Positions 10,219 through 21,569 are shown, numbered from the stretch's first letter. The stretch is DNA of 44,483 nt from Fimbriimonadales bacterium (GCA_051003155.1 JBPCLO010000023.1:1-44483); one strand, 5' to 3'. Program-made: numbers and translations. The notes: generated by a model not told the origin, from the letters alone.

Positions 10219-11811
10219 TCACATCCTAAAGACGGGCCATTTCGTCTCCGGAATCGGCGCGTAGAGCGATGCTGAGATCGACAAGCCGATTGCCGTGCGG
10301 GTCTCGGTGGGCAGTAGAATGCCGTCGTCCCAAAGCCGCGCGGTCGCGAAGTAGGGCGAGCCTTCCCGCTCGTACTGCCTGCGAACCGGGTCACCGATCG
10401 CCGACTTCTCCTTATCGGAAACCGGGCCCTTCATCTCCTTGATCGTGATCAAGACCTGCGCCGCCTGCTCCGCCCCCATCACCGAGATCCGCGAGTTCGG
10501 CCAGGTGAACAAAAACCTCGGCCCATAAGCACGGCCGCACATCGCGTAGTTGCCCGCACCGTGCGAACCCCCGATAATCACCGTGAACTTCGGCACCTGC
10601 GTTGCGGAAACCGCCTGAACGATCTTCGCGCCGTCCTTCGTGATCCCGCCCTCTTCGTAGCGCTTCCCGACCATGAAGCCGGTGATGTTCTGCAGAAACA
10701 CCAGCGGAATACGTCTTTGCGAACACAACTCGATGAAGTGCGCCCCCTTGATCGCGCTTTCGCTGAACAGGACACCATTGTTCGCGAGAATCCCCACCGG
10801 GTAGCCCATCCAGCGAGCGAACCCGGTCACGAGCGTCGAGCCGTATTCCTTTTTGAACTCGTGGAACCGTGAGCCGTCCACGAGCCGCGCAATCACATCG
10901 CGGACGTCGTACTGCTGCCTGGGGTCGGTTGGCACGATACCGGCGATCTCGTCGGCCGGCCACAAGGGTTCCTCCACGTCCAGCACGTCCACTTGTGCCT
11001 GCGGCCGATAGCCCAGGTTCGCCACGATGTCGCGGCAGACAGATAGCGCATGCTCGTCGTTTTCCGCGAGGTGATCCGTCACGCCGCTCACCTTCGAGTG
11101 CATGGCGCCGCCTCCTAGGTCTTCCGCGCTCACTTCCTCGCCGGTCGCAGCCTTCACCAACGGCGGCCCGGCAAGGTAGATCGTGCCGGTGCCCTTCACG
11201 ATAATGTTCTCGTCGCTCATAGCCGGCACGTAAGCGCCGCCCGCCGTGCACATCCCCATCACCACCGCGACCTGCGGGACGCCCTGAGCGCTCATCACGG
11301 CCTGGTTGTAGAAGATCCGCCCGAAGTGCTCCTTGTCGGGGAAGACCTCGCTCTGCATCGGCAGGAATACGCCGCCCGAATCCACCAGGTAGATAATCGG
11401 CAGCCTGTTCTCCAGCGCGATCTCTTGTGCGCGCAGGTGTTTCTTGATCGTTAGCGGGTAGTACGTGCCGCCCTTCACGGTGGCGTCGTTCGCCACGATC
11501 ACGCAAGGCCGACCCGAGATGCATCCGAGGCCGGTGACGACGCCAGCGCTCGGCACTTCGTCGTCGTAGAGCCCCCATGCGGCGAGCATCCCGAGTTCGA
11601 GGAACGGCGTGTCGGCGTCGACGAGCATCTCGATCCGTTCGCGGGCGGTCAGCTTACCGCGTTCGTGGTGGAGCTGGAGAGCCTTCTCCGGTCCGCCCTT
11701 GCGAACCCGCGCCCGCCGCTCCAGAAGCTCCTCGGCGACTTCCGCGTACCGGCAAGCGTTCCCCCGAAACTCCTCCCCCTTCACCTTGACCTTGCTCCGA
11801 ATCGGCTCCAT
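10219..11811 (-). CDS. liuB: Methylcrotonyl-CoA carboxylase beta (carboxyltransferase) subunit
   Basis: [48 protein letters not shown] and C-terminal VFRM. Confidence 0.93.
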   Translation of the reverse strand: MEPIRSKVKVKGEEFRGNACRYAEVAEELLERRARVRKGGPEKALQLHHERGKLTARERIEMLVDADTPFLELGMLAAWGLYDDEVPSAGVVTGLGCISGRPCVIVANDATVKGGTYYPLTIKKHLRAQEIALENRLPIIYLVDSGGVFLPMQSEVFPDKEHFGRIFYNQAVMSAQGVPQVAVVMGMCTAGGAYVPAMSDENIIVKGTGTIYLAGPPLVKAATGEEVSAEDLGGGAMHSKVSGVTDHLAENDEHALSVCRDIVANLGYRPQAQVDVLDVEEPLWPADEIAGIVPTDPRQQYDVRDVIARLVDGSRFHEFKKEYGSTLVTGFARWMGYPVGILANNGVLFSESAIKGAHFIELCSQRRIPLVFLQNITGFMVGKRYEEGGITKDGAKIVQAVSATQVPKFTVIIGGSHGAGNYAMCGRAYGPRFLFTWPNSRISVMGAEQAAQVLITIKEMKGPVSDKEKSAIGDPVRRQYEREGSPYFATARLWDDGILLPTETRTAIGLSISASLYAPIPETKWPVFRM

Positions 11812-12109
11812 CGGCCTGATTGTACTATCCGATTCGGGGAACACACTTCCTCATCCAGCATGGTGGTCCGCCAGGTACTGCCGTTTATTCGCCTGCCCGA
11901 TCGACCAGTGCACTGATGACAAAGACGCATACAAGAGTCGGCTGCCCATGGTAATGCTAGTTGCCATGGGGGTTTTTGCAGCAGATCGGAGTTACGTGGC
12001 CCCTGAAATGTGAACGTTGGGTGGAACGGACAGCCGACCCCCGATTTCACTCAGGATTAACTCGCAAAGAGGAATGGCGGCGACCCGGTCGGGATATACT
12101 CACTTCTCG

Positions 12110-14743
12110 ATGATTCGGAAGATACTGATTCTGGGAGGTCTGCTCCTCGTCGCGCTCGCGTATTCGCAGGCGTCACGTACTCTGAAACCGGACGACCTCA
12201 AGGGGTTGTCGGTGCGCAACATCGGTCCGGCAAATATGGGCGGACGGGTCGCCGATATCGCCTGGGCGCCAGGCAAGGCGAAGTCATTCTACGTCGCGTT
12301 CGCAAATGGGGGCGTTTGGAAGACCGACAACGCCGGAACGACCTTCACGCCGCTCTTCGACGGCCAGGAGACGCTCTGCATCGGCAGCGTTGCGGCCGCG
12401 TCCGGGAAGGACGGCGAGCACATCGTGTGGGTTGGCACCGGCGAGGGCAACGGACGCAACAGTTCTTCGTGGGGCAACGGCGTTTATAGAAGCTCGGACT
12501 CGGGTTCCTCGTGGGAGCACAAGGGGCTCGAGAAAACCCACGACATCCCGCGTCTCGCCGTGGATCCGCGGAACTCCGACGTTTGCTATGTGGCTGCAAT
12601 GGGAAGGCTCTGGGGACCCAATCCCGAGCGGGGAATCTACAAAACGGCCGACGGCGGCAAGAACTGGTCGCACTCGCTTAAGATCGACGGCGATCACGGC
12701 GCCATAGACGTTGCCGTCGACCCGAGAACGCCCGATGTCGTGTATGCCGCCATGTATCGTCGGAGGCGAACGCCGTTCAGCTTCGATTCGGGCAGCGCCG
12801 AGGGCGGTATTTTCAAATCCCTCGACGCGGGCAAGACTTGGACAAAGCTAACCAAGGGACTGCCGAAAGCGACAGGCAGGATAGGGCTGGATATCTATCC
12901 GAAGAACCCCAAGATCGTCTATGCCGTCGTCGAGAGTGACGACGGCGGCAGCTATGACATGTGGGACGACCGCAGCCGCAGCGGCGGTGTCTTTCGAAGC
13001 GACGACGGCGGCCAGAACTGGGTCCGAGTCCATCGTCGCGTTCCCCGGGCGTTTTACTTCAGCGAAGTACGGGTCGATCCCAGCGACGACCAGAAGGTCT
13101 ACCTGTTGGGCTGGGTTATCGAGATGAGCGATGACGGAGGGAAAACGTTCCGGGGAGGCTTTACGAAGAAGCCGCATGTGGACATGCACGCCATGGCCAT
13201 CGACCCGTCCGACGGCGACCACGCGCTGATCGGCAACGACGGAGGCATCTATCAAACGTGGGACCGCGGGAAGACCTGGCACTTCCACAACCAGCTGGCC
13301 GTAGGACAGTTTTACAACCTGGCCTACGATATGAGCGAGCCACATTATCGCATCGGCGGCGGGCTGCAGGACAACGGCAGTTGGATCGGCCCGAGCCGCA
13401 CGCCTTACGAGAGCGGCAGTTGGCCCCCCGGCAGCATCAACGCCGGGATGTCCAACGCCGAGTGGCGTGTGGTGGGCTGGGGAGACGGGTTCCATGTGGC
13501 GTTCGATCCGAAGGATCCAAACATCGTGTACAGCGAGTCGCAGGGCGGTGAAATCCAGCGTCTAAACATGGCCACGGGCCGGGCTGTGAACATCAAGCCT
13601 CGGCCGAAGGAGGGCCAGCCGCGGTTCCGGTTCAACTGGAACAGCCCGTTTTTCATCAGCCCTCATGAGCCGACGACGCTCTACGTGGGCGGGAACTTTG
13701 TGTTCAGGCTCACGAACCGAGGCGATGCCTGGGAGCGGATCAGCCCGGACCTCACGCGCGACGACACAGAGCAGGTCGAGACCGTGGGCAGCGAGGCGGA
13801 GACGTTTGGCACCGTAGTTTCGCTCGCCGAGTCTCCGATTCGGAAAGGCTTTCTATGGGCCGGCAGCGACGACGGCCTGATCCACGTAACGACCGACGGC
13901 GGCAAGGCGTGGCAGGACGTTACGCCAAGGGCCGCGGGTGGTTGGTACATCGCGCGCATCGAAGTCTCGCGCCATGCGCCGGACCGCGCCTACGTCGCCG
14001 TCGACGGGCACCGGTCGGCGATGTACGACCCTTTGATCCTGACGACGAATGACGCAGGTAAAACTTGGAAGGATCTGACGGGCGACCTGCCGAAGGGCAG
14101 GAGCGTTCGGGTCGTGCGGGAGGACCTAAAAAATCCTCGAGTCCTCTATTGCGGCACCGAGAACGGCATGTATGTAAGTGTCGACGCGGGAGTTCATTGG
14201 GTGAAGCTGGCCGCGATACCGCCGGCCCCTGTACTCGATATTTTGCAGCACCCGCGTCAAATGGACCTGATCATAGGTACTCATGGCCGCAGCATCTACG
14301 TCGTGGACGATGCTTCGCCGATATCGGCGTTGACCCCAGCGGTACTCGCTTCCAAACTGCACCTGTTCGACGTTCCCACTGCGAAGCCGGAGTATCGCAT
14401 GGCTTACGATGGCTTCTGGGGAGATCAGTTCTTCTTGGCGCCGAATCCGTCCGCGGGCGCGAGAATCACCTACTGGATCCGCGAGTACACGGGCGACGAC
14501 ATGTCGATCGAGATCTCGGACGCAGGCGGTAGGACTGTTCGGAAGCTAAGCGGACCCAATACGCCCGGAATCCATCGAATATTCTGGGACCTGCAGGCCG
14601 AGGAGGCCGAGCGCCTTCCGAACAACGACGAAGCTCAGGGAGAACCGATTTTCGTCCCGGCCGGCGAGTATAAGGCGACGATTGCACTTGGCAGTGAGAA
14701 GGCTGAGGAGAAGTTTTTGGTCGCCAAAGCGCCTGGCCGGTAA
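12110..14743 (+). CDS. Secreted BNR/Asp-box (VPS10/sortilin-like) beta-propeller glycosyl-hydrolase-like protein
   Basis: Signal peptide, RNIGPANMGGR, repeated S/TxDxGxTW Asp-boxes, GGLQDNG. Confidence 0.9.
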   Translation: MIRKILILGGLLLVALAYSQASRTLKPDDLKGLSVRNIGPANMGGRVADIAWAPGKAKSFYVAFANGGVWKTDNAGTTFTPLFDGQETLCIGSVAAASGKDGEHIVWVGTGEGNGRNSSSWGNGVYRSSDSGSSWEHKGLEKTHDIPRLAVDPRNSDVCYVAAMGRLWGPNPERGIYKTADGGKNWSHSLKIDGDHGAIDVAVDPRTPDVVYAAMYRRRRTPFSFDSGSAEGGIFKSLDAGKTWTKLTKGLPKATGRIGLDIYPKNPKIVYAVVESDDGGSYDMWDDRSRSGGVFRSDDGGQNWVRVHRRVPRAFYFSEVRVDPSDDQKVYLLGWVIEMSDDGGKTFRGGFTKKPHVDMHAMAIDPSDGDHALIGNDGGIYQTWDRGKTWHFHNQLAVGQFYNLAYDMSEPHYRIGGGLQDNGSWIGPSRTPYESGSWPPGSINAGMSNAEWRVVGWGDGFHVAFDPKDPNIVYSESQGGEIQRLNMATGRAVNIKPRPKEGQPRFRFNWNSPFFISPHEPTTLYVGGNFVFRLTNRGDAWERISPDLTRDDTEQVETVGSEAETFGTVVSLAESPIRKGFLWAGSDDGLIHVTTDGGKAWQDVTPRAAGGWYIARIEVSRHAPDRAYVAVDGHRSAMYDPLILTTNDAGKTWKDLTGDLPKGRSVRVVREDLKNPRVLYCGTENGMYVSVDAGVHWVKLAAIPPAPVLDILQHPRQMDLIIGTHGRSIYVVDDASPISALTPAVLASKLHLFDVPTAKPEYRMAYDGFWGDQFFLAPNPSAGARITYWIREYTGDDMSIEISDAGGRTVRKLSGPNTPGIHRIFWDLQAEEAERLPNNDEAQGEPIFVPAGEYKATIALGSEKAEEKFLVAKAPGR

Positions 14744-15325
14744 GCGGGGATTGTCGCTCGCCGGTGGCCTCGGGTGCCCTTGCTTACGAATCGTGAAACA
14801 AAGTTGGGTGCTTAGGGCAACCGTATAACCCTTCTGACGGTGTGAGTTGCCGGTAGCTTGCCCACGGCGACTTCCGAATCGCGCAAGCCCAAGAGGACAA
14901 GAGCAACCCCGCGTAACGATAAATGAGCTTGGCGCTATGAGCTTATCCACAGTTGTTTTCAAACCCGATTCGCTGCGGCTTTTACGGGCGGACGATGAAA
15001 TCGGCAGGCCGACATGGATAAGTTCGCAATCACTTGTAGCAATTGGGGCTGTCAGACGCTTATCCTCAGCAGCCAATTTGTGCTCCGGAACACCGTCGCA
15101 GAATCTCGCCACCCGCCCGACGCTCCACATTGCGAGGGTTCCGTCTCCGCGATGGTCTGTGGAAATTGCAAGACCGTTCCCGGACGAGCGATTAGGGAGT
15201 CTGCAGTACCGCCACTTGTCAATCGCTCATCCGGGGCACACCAAGAGGTACCACCCAAGTCAGGCCACCCTGTCGCTCATCCGCGGCACACGAACAGCTG
15301 TCACCCAACTTGGGCCACCCTGTCG

Positions 15326-15512
15326 GACATTTTTGAAGCCGCAAAACGTGAGCACAGCGTCAAGCCGCACGACATGGGAGATCATCGAAAAGGTGAGCTA
15401 TGGGCCGTTCGTGGAGCCTTTTGCCAGAGAAAAGGCAGAGGGCTGGGATGTTTGGGGGAATCAAGTTGACGCTGATTCAGATTGGGAGCTTGGCGAGTTC
15501 ACGACGCAGTGA
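15326..15512 (+). pseudogene. C-terminal remnant of an MT-A70 family adenine methyltransferase
   Basis: REHSVKP in one frame, then after a frameshift EIIEKVSYGPFVEPFARE...GWDVWGNQV; no N-terminal part seen. Confidence 0.7.
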
Positions 15513-15517
15513 TTCCC

Positions 15518-16021
15518 TTATCCGCCCTCAGGTATATACGAGCTTCCAGCGGGTGTCAAAAGAAATCCAGCATCTGATTCGGGGGGGCCGAAGACCAGCC
15601 TCTGTTTGCCTTTCTTTTCCCAAGACAGGCTAAACATGCCAAGTTGCGTCTGCGCATCTTGCCACGCGACTCGGTATCCGCGCTTGGTGCCATTCCACAC
15701 TATGATGCGGTACTGCCGCCTCCCAGATATGGTCGCCCCCAGCAACATGGCAAAATCATTCCGCTTGTCAGCATTGAAATCGGCGACGATGTAGAAGGGG
15801 CGCTGAAAATGACTGCCCAGGTTCTTCTTGACAAAGGCAATCTCGCCACGTCCGAATTTGTCCTCGAAGACAGATTCGGGCAAGAAATCGCAATTCTTGT
15901 GGGCGTTAAGATATGTCGCCAAGGCTGCTCGATGCGGCGGCTCGAGCGACCGTGCGTCCTTTTGGGCCAGGCTAACCTTCGACAAACATAGCACCACCAA
16001 GATGAACAATGGAGCCCGCAT
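15518..16021 (-). CDS. Secreted hypothetical protein with one FG-GAP-like Ca-binding motif
   Basis: Signal peptide (MRAPLFILVVLCL...), ADFNADKRNDFA motif. Confidence 0.7.
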   Translation of the reverse strand: MRAPLFILVVLCLSKVSLAQKDARSLEPPHRAALATYLNAHKNCDFLPESVFEDKFGRGEIAFVKKNLGSHFQRPFYIVADFNADKRNDFAMLLGATISGRRQYRIIVWNGTKRGYRVAWQDAQTQLGMFSLSWEKKGKQRLVFGPPESDAGFLLTPAGSSYIPEGG

Positions 16022-16117
16022 CGTATGCATTATTGCACAGTCGCAGGCGCGGGTGGCCCGTCTTGTGTGAGACCTATTCGCGTGCAAGGATTAAGCTGCA
16101 GGTTCAGACCATAGCCG

Positions 16118-17914
16118 CTACTCGGTAACCTTCAGCACCGACAAAAACGCTTCCTGCGGGATCTCGACGCTCCCGATGTTTTTCATGCGTTTCTTGCCTG
16201 CTTTCTGCTTCTCTAGGAGCTTGCGCTTTCGCGTGATGTCGCCGCCGTAGCACTTCGCGGTGACGTCTTTGCGGAAGGCCTTGATCGATTCGGCGGCGAT
16301 TACTTTGGCCCCGATGGCGGCTTGGATGCGGACCTCGTACTGCTGGCGGGGGACGACCTTGCGGAGTTGGTCCACGATCGAGCGTGCGCGGACATACGAC
16401 TCCTCTTTGTGCACGATCGTGGAGAGCGCGTCCACCGGGTCGCCGTTCAGCAGGATATCCACCTTCACCAAATCCGACCGGATGTAGTCCGTGAACTCGT
16501 AATCGAAGCTCGCATACCCGCGCGTCTGCGACTTCAGCTTGTCGTAAAAGTCCATCAAAATCTCCGCGAGCGGCAGCGTGTAGTAGAGCATCACCCGCTG
16601 CGGCGACGGGTACTCCATCCTTTTGTAGATGCCGCGGCGGACTTTGCACAGGTTCATGACCGCGCCGACGTATTCCTGCGGCACCATGATCGTCGCGTCC
16701 ACGGCCGGCTCCTCGATGTGCGCGATAAAGTTCGGCTCGGGAAAGGCGCTCGGATTCGAGATTTGCGAGAACGTGCCGTCCGATCTGAAGACCGCATAAC
16801 TAACTGACGGCGCAGTGAGGATGAGGTCGAGCCCGAATTCCCTTTCCAGCCGTTCGCGCGCGATGTCCATGTGCAAGAGGCCGAGGAATCCGCATCGGAA
16901 ACCGAATCCGAGCGCGTCTGAAGTCTCCGGCTCGAAGGTGAGTGCGGCGTCGTTCAATTGCAGCCGCTGGATGGCGTCGCGCAGGTCTTGGTACTGGTCT
17001 CCGTCGGTCGGATACAAGCCCGAGAACACCATCGGCTTGGCCCTGCGATAGCCGGCCAGAGCTTCGGTAGCCGGGTTCGCCGCGAGCGTTACCGTGTCGC
17101 CGACAGCAGCGTCGCCGATAGCCTTCATGGCGGCGGTGAAATATCCGGTCTCGCCGGCGTCGAGTTCGTCACTTCGGACCTGCTCGGGCGTGAAGAACCC
17201 GACTTCGTCCACTTCGAACGTCGAGCCGGTGGACATCATCTTGATCCTATCACCCTTCCTGAGCCTGCCCTCGAAAACCCTCACGTAGGCGACCGTGCCC
17301 TGATAGGTGTCGAAGTGCGAGTCGAAGATCAGCGCGCGGAGCTTATCGCTGCCCGTTTCCTTCGGCGGCGAGATGCGCTTCACCACGGCTTCCAAAAGCT
17401 CGCGCACGCCTTCGCCGGTTTTCGCGCTTACGAGGAGGGCGTCGGAGGCGTCGATCGCCAGCGCGCCTTCGATCTCCTCCTTGGCGCGGGCCACGTCGGC
17501 GTGGGGCAAGTCGATCTTGTTGATCACCGGGATGGTCTCGAGGCCCTGGTTCATGGCCATCGAAGCGTTCGCGATCGTCTGAGCTTCCACACCCTGCGTC
17601 GCATCGACAACCAGCAGAGCGCCCTCGCAAGCCTGGAGTGAGCGCGAGACTTCGTAGGTGAAGTCCACGTGGCCCGGCGTGTCGATCAGGTTGAATTCGT
17701 ACTGCTTGCCGTCGCTTGCTTTATAGTCGAGCCGGACTGCGGTCATTTTGATCGTGATTCCGCGCTCGCGCTCGAGCTCCATTGAGTCGAGCATCTGCTC
17801 GCGCGCCTCGCCGCGGACGGCTCCGGTGATCTCCAGGATGCGGTCGGCGAGGGTGGATTTGCCGTGGTCGATATGCGCAACGATGCAGAAGTTGCGAATG
17901 TGGGCCTGCGACAT
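16118..17914 (-). CDS. lepA: Elongation factor 4 (LepA)
   Basis: [24 protein letters not shown] and [18 protein letters not shown] motifs. Confidence 0.98.
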   Translation of the reverse strand: MSQAHIRNFCIVAHIDHGKSTLADRILEITGAVRGEAREQMLDSMELERERGITIKMTAVRLDYKASDGKQYEFNLIDTPGHVDFTYEVSRSLQACEGALLVVDATQGVEAQTIANASMAMNQGLETIPVINKIDLPHADVARAKEEIEGALAIDASDALLVSAKTGEGVRELLEAVVKRISPPKETGSDKLRALIFDSHFDTYQGTVAYVRVFEGRLRKGDRIKMMSTGSTFEVDEVGFFTPEQVRSDELDAGETGYFTAAMKAIGDAAVGDTVTLAANPATEALAGYRRAKPMVFSGLYPTDGDQYQDLRDAIQRLQLNDAALTFEPETSDALGFGFRCGFLGLLHMDIARERLEREFGLDLILTAPSVSYAVFRSDGTFSQISNPSAFPEPNFIAHIEEPAVDATIMVPQEYVGAVMNLCKVRRGIYKRMEYPSPQRVMLYYTLPLAEILMDFYDKLKSQTRGYASFDYEFTDYIRSDLVKVDILLNGDPVDALSTIVHKEESYVRARSIVDQLRKVVPRQQYEVRIQAAIGAKVIAAESIKAFRKDVTAKCYGGDITRKRKLLEKQKAGKKRMKNIGSVEIPQEAFLSVLKVTE

Positions 17915-17920
17915 TGGCGG

Positions 17921-18358
17921 TTAGACGGTCGCCTTGGCCAGGCGCTCCCAGTTTCCGACCGCGGCCTGGTTCGAGCGGCGCTGTCCCATCGCCTGCTCGA
18001 TCTTGATCGTCAGCAATTCGTACACGTCCACGCCGGGCGCGTTCTTCTCGATGTAGTCGAACGCGCCGCGCTTCATGCACTCGACGGCGTTCTTCACGTT
18101 GCCGAAGGCGGTCATCACGATGACCTCGGCGAAGACGTCGCGCTTGACGGCCGCCATGAGGATTTGGATGCCGGCCTCGGCGTCCTCCATGCTCATGTCG
18201 GTGACGATGATGTCGTAAACGGGGTTGGCGGCAGCGATCCTCTCGACCCCTTCCTGCGCGCTTTCCGCGAGATCTACTTCCATGCCCTGACGCTCGAGGC
18301 GCCGCTTGACGGCGTCCCTCACATCCTCTTCATCGTCCACTACAAGTACCTTGTACAT
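17921..18358 (-). CDS. Single-domain response regulator (receiver)
   Basis: VLVVDDE, TD phospho-site, MTAFG and GAFDYIEK motifs. Confidence 0.9.
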   Translation of the reverse strand: MYKVLVVDDEEDVRDAVKRRLERQGMEVDLAESAQEGVERIAAANPVYDIIVTDMSMEDAEAGIQILMAAVKRDVFAEVIVMTAFGNVKNAVECMKRGAFDYIEKNAPGVDVYELLTIKIEQAMGQRRSNQAAVGNWERLAKATV

Positions 18359-18453
18359 CGAGCGGCTAGATTATAGCCCGTCGGTGGTGGGTGAACCTGG
18401 GAAGGTGGGACTTTGAGCCCCTCAATAATCAAAGGCTAATGTAGAATGGAATT

Positions 18454-18816
18454 ATGAGGATTGCTATCGTTTTGTTTGCGCTGGGCATGTGGCCGGGGTT
18501 ATCGGCATGGCCAGATTCGACGATCGTTCAAACACAGATAGAGTTGACGGAACAGACCGCGCGCGAGTTCGTGGCGGCGGACAAGGTTCTAAATCAGACC
18601 TACAAGCAACTGGTTCGCACTTTGGATTCCAAGGCTTTTGTTAAGCTTAGGAAGTCCCAGCGCCTTTGGGTTCAGTTTCGCGATGCGGAGGCTGAGTTTG
18701 AAATGGACGTGTACCGCGGCGGAAGCATGGCTTCCATGGTTTACCACCAGAGCCGCACGGAAGCGAGTAAGACACGAGTAAAGAAATTGGAGAAAATGCT
18801 GCGATTCTTTGAATAG
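18454..18816 (+). CDS. LprI/DUF1311 family secreted protein
   Basis: TQ.E...AD..LN..Y and LRKSQRLWVQFRDAE motifs. Confidence 0.8.
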   Translation: MRIAIVLFALGMWPGLSAWPDSTIVQTQIELTEQTAREFVAADKVLNQTYKQLVRTLDSKAFVKLRKSQRLWVQFRDAEAEFEMDVYRGGSMASMVYHQSRTEASKTRVKKLEKMLRFFE

Positions 18817-18901
18817 CTCGGGTTGGCTTGAAAAATAGCCAACGCGGGCGTTGATCTGGTTGGACTCGAACATGGTTAAAGCGCGTTTCTTTCGCCAGGA
18901 C

Positions 18902-18988
18902 CGCGTGTGCCGGGAGAAGCGGTGTGTGCCGGGGACAAGCATCTTCGAGACTTTCGTTAGTTCGCCGCCTCGGTTAGCTTGTCCCCGA
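18902..18988. repeat. Left REP-like palindromic repeat cluster
   Basis: GTGTGCCGGGGACAAGC (18924-18940) pairs with GCTTGTCCCCG (18977-18987); a variant copy sits at 18902-18920. Confidence 0.75.
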
Positions 18989-19014
18989 GAACCCTTCCGT
19001 CGTAGCCTAAACCG

Positions 19015-19583
19015 GTGATCGAGCGTAGCCGGCGAATCAGCATCGACGAGCCTGGGCACGCGCACGAGCTAACGTTCAGTTGCTGCCGGAGACTGCCCTT
19101 GCTCGCAAACGACGTGTCGAAGAGATCTTTTCTAAGAAAGCCTCGACGAAGCCAGGCGCAAATGGCGGTTCGAAGTATGGGCATATGCGCTCATGCCGGA
19201 GCACGTTCACGTGATCGTACATCCGCTCACCCGAGTCTACAGCATCGCGGCGATCCGAAAGGGCATCAAGCAGCCCGTCGCCGGAGCCATGCTGGGGTTG
19301 ATTCGGGAATCGGCACCTGAGGAGGCGAGTCGGTTGATTTGTGCCGTTCGAAATGGCAAGCCGCAGTTCCGGTTCTGGCAGAAGGGCAAGGGCTACGATT
19401 CGGAACCTGTTCTCGGAAACTGTGATCGACTCCGCAATTTCTTACATCCACGCCAACCCTGTGCGACGGCGTCTGAGCGAGACTGAGCTTGATTACCGCA
19501 GGTCGAGTTCTCGGTCTCATGCTGAAGCAGGAGATACGGTCTTCGAAGTCGACGGATGTCCGGTTTTTAGGACGGGAAGGTGA
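19015..19583 (+). pseudogene. REP-associated tyrosine (Y1/HUH) transposase (RAYT) with two frameshifts
   Basis: PGHAHELTFSC / WAYALMPEHVH...FWQKGKGYD / YIHANPVRR in three successive frames; shifts near 19135 and 19400. Confidence 0.85.
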
Positions 19584-19600
19584 GCGAATTGGCAGTTGGA

Positions 19601-19666
19601 TCGGGGACAAGCTAGCGAACCCTTAGGCACTCGGCCGCACTCAAACGCTTGTCCCCGGCACACGCG
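19601..19666. repeat. Right REP-like palindromic repeat cluster, inverted relative to the left cluster
   Basis: TCGGGGACAAGCTA (19601-19614) and GCTTGTCCCCGGCACACGCG (19647-19666), reverse complements of the left copies. Confidence 0.75.
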
Positions 19667-19861
19667 CCCGCGCCTAAGTCTCCGGCCCGCGCATGTAGCG
19701 CCGGCATCCCCTTCTTTGCGAGGCAGTACGGCTTTCCTAAGGAGTCGCCCTTTAGTCGCGAATTGCGGGTTTCGGTCATAGCGCACCCCTGTAGCGGGCC
19801 GGCATCTGCGGGAATCGGCCCGCCGAAACCGGGTGGTATGTAAGGGCGTCAAACTTCTAAA

Positions 19862-20989
19862 ATGCTGATCGCGGGGTTGTTGTTGGTGGTGGCTCAGCAG
19901 ACGCCGATGCAGATGGTCCTTGCCACAATGCTCATGTGGGAGGATGCAGGTTCTGAATCTGCGCGCATCGTATTGCGTAAGAACGAGTCAGGCTTTGGTG
20001 GTCAGATATCTGGTGGGGCTCCAGCTCAGTATGCGGATGTTCCGAAGGAGTATTCCCATATCGAAATCTGCCTCTATCCAGCGAATGCCACCGCGGGCAA
20101 GCCGACTTTTGCAAAGCGTGAGCAGCAGTTTCCGGTTGCGGAGTTATTTCTCGGAGAAGGCCGCGGTCTCAGGTGGCACGGGAGCGGCCCGGTCTTTTAT
20201 CTCGACGAGTTGTCCGACAAACTCAAACTGAAAGGTGGCGACGATCGGCTTAGGCTGCTCGCGGAAGGCTTGCTCTCAAGAGACGGCCACGTTTCGATGG
20301 GTTGTGGAACTCGACTCGCTTACAAAGGAGACGACGCGCTTGCCCACATTCGCAAAGCTATCGACAGAGCCGATGAACAATCGTTGCGGGCTTGCGTCTA
20401 CCCTCTCGGTCTGATCGAGACACCCTACGCGGAGAGAATGCTAATCGAATTATACGCCGACGCCAGAACACGGACGGCGGCGGCCGGCGCGCTTAGTCAC
20501 TTTCCACGGCCGAAAGCCCGCGCGTGCTACTTCGACATGGTCCGCAGGGACCTCTACGCCTCCAGCGCCGCGCGCCAGATCGCAAGATTCGGCTGGAAGT
20601 CTGGGCTGCCCCTCATAGAGAAAGCAATGAGAAGCGTGGAGCACTGGCAAGACTACGAGACGATGTTCTTCGCTGGTCGCTCGCTTGAAGGCAGGCCGGT
20701 CCCGAAGGATGTCGCGGAGGCGATTTTGAGGCTAACCGGGAAAGATTCGCGCAAGGCTCGGCTAACTTTGAAGAATTACAAGGACGTGGAAGCAGTTGCG
20801 GTGCTCGCGGTTCGCCTCGCGCTGCATTCGACCAAGGGCGACTCCAAGCCGATGAACGACTCGGGCACCGAGCTGCTCCTCTCGCTCGACCGCGCTGTGG
20901 TTAGGTCGATGTTGATGCGGGCGGTTAGCGCCGTGCGCGCCAAATGGCATCGAGACAAGCTGGCGTTATTGCTTGGCCTCGTACGCTGA
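19862..20989 (+). CDS. Secreted hypothetical protein with HEAT-like helical repeats
   Basis: 375-aa ORF, signal-like N-terminus, Ala/Leu/Arg-rich helical repeats. Confidence 0.65.
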   Translation: MLIAGLLLVVAQQTPMQMVLATMLMWEDAGSESARIVLRKNESGFGGQISGGAPAQYADVPKEYSHIEICLYPANATAGKPTFAKREQQFPVAELFLGEGRGLRWHGSGPVFYLDELSDKLKLKGGDDRLRLLAEGLLSRDGHVSMGCGTRLAYKGDDALAHIRKAIDRADEQSLRACVYPLGLIETPYAERMLIELYADARTRTAAAGALSHFPRPKARACYFDMVRRDLYASSAARQIARFGWKSGLPLIEKAMRSVEHWQDYETMFFAGRSLEGRPVPKDVAEAILRLTGKDSRKARLTLKNYKDVEAVAVLAVRLALHSTKGDSKPMNDSGTELLLSLDRAVVRSMLMRAVSAVRAKWHRDKLALLLGLVR

Positions 20990-21149
20990 AGCAAAAGGCA
21001 CCGACTCGCAGACGAACTCAGCCCCAAAATTATCCTCAAGCAAGGGAAAGGATTTACGGGGGAAGGCCATTTTATTCCCCCTGGTGCGGCGTTCATTCGC
21101 GCCGCAGCACGCATACACTACCCTCGTTCCCAAGCCCTCTGGCAGGGCG

Positions 21150-21569
21150 CTACTTCTGCTTAACGTACTTGACCTGAGGTGAGCCCGGCGTATGCTTTAT
21201 GCTGGTCATCGTCTTCTTGTCCGCGCTCAGGCTCATATCCATCGAGCCCTCCTTCATCTTCGAACGAGTGCTTTCCGGCATGTCCTTTACATCTATGCCC
21301 GCCACTTTTTCCGGCTGGAACTGGACGGTAGAGCCTTTGAGTTCCCAAGTTCCCTCCATCATCATTCCGGTAAACCTATGATCTGCCGTGAGTTCGATCG
21401 TCATCATCTGCAGCGCGGCGGCCCTTCGCGCCCAGCCCGGGTCATTCTTCTGGTCGTCGCTTAGGTTCACTACGGGCTTCCACTTGCCCACCACCTCCGA
21501 ACCGCTCTGGCTGCACCCGGTCACGCCGATTGCCACGATCATAGCTGCCAAACCCATACTTGGCTTCAT
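21150..21569 (-). CDS. Small lipoprotein (possible lipocalin-like beta-barrel)
   Basis: Lipobox VTGC, VGKW and MEGTW motifs. Confidence 0.75.
   Translation of the reverse strand: MKPSMGLAAMIVAIGVTGCSQSGSEVVGKWKPVVNLSDDQKNDPGWARRAAALQMMTIELTADHRFTGMMMEGTWELKGSTVQFQPEKVAGIDVKDMPESTRSKMKEGSMDMSLSADKKTMTSIKHTPGSPQVKYVKQK

Noticed and set aside
14943..14951. Perfect DnaA box TTATCCACA suggesting oriC
   Set aside because: Single copy, with no box cluster, AT-rich unwinding region or dnaA context
14847..15512. 221-aa ORF as a real gene
   Set aside because: Only the C-terminal ~45 aa look protein-like (MT-A70 tail); the rest appears to be chance open frame
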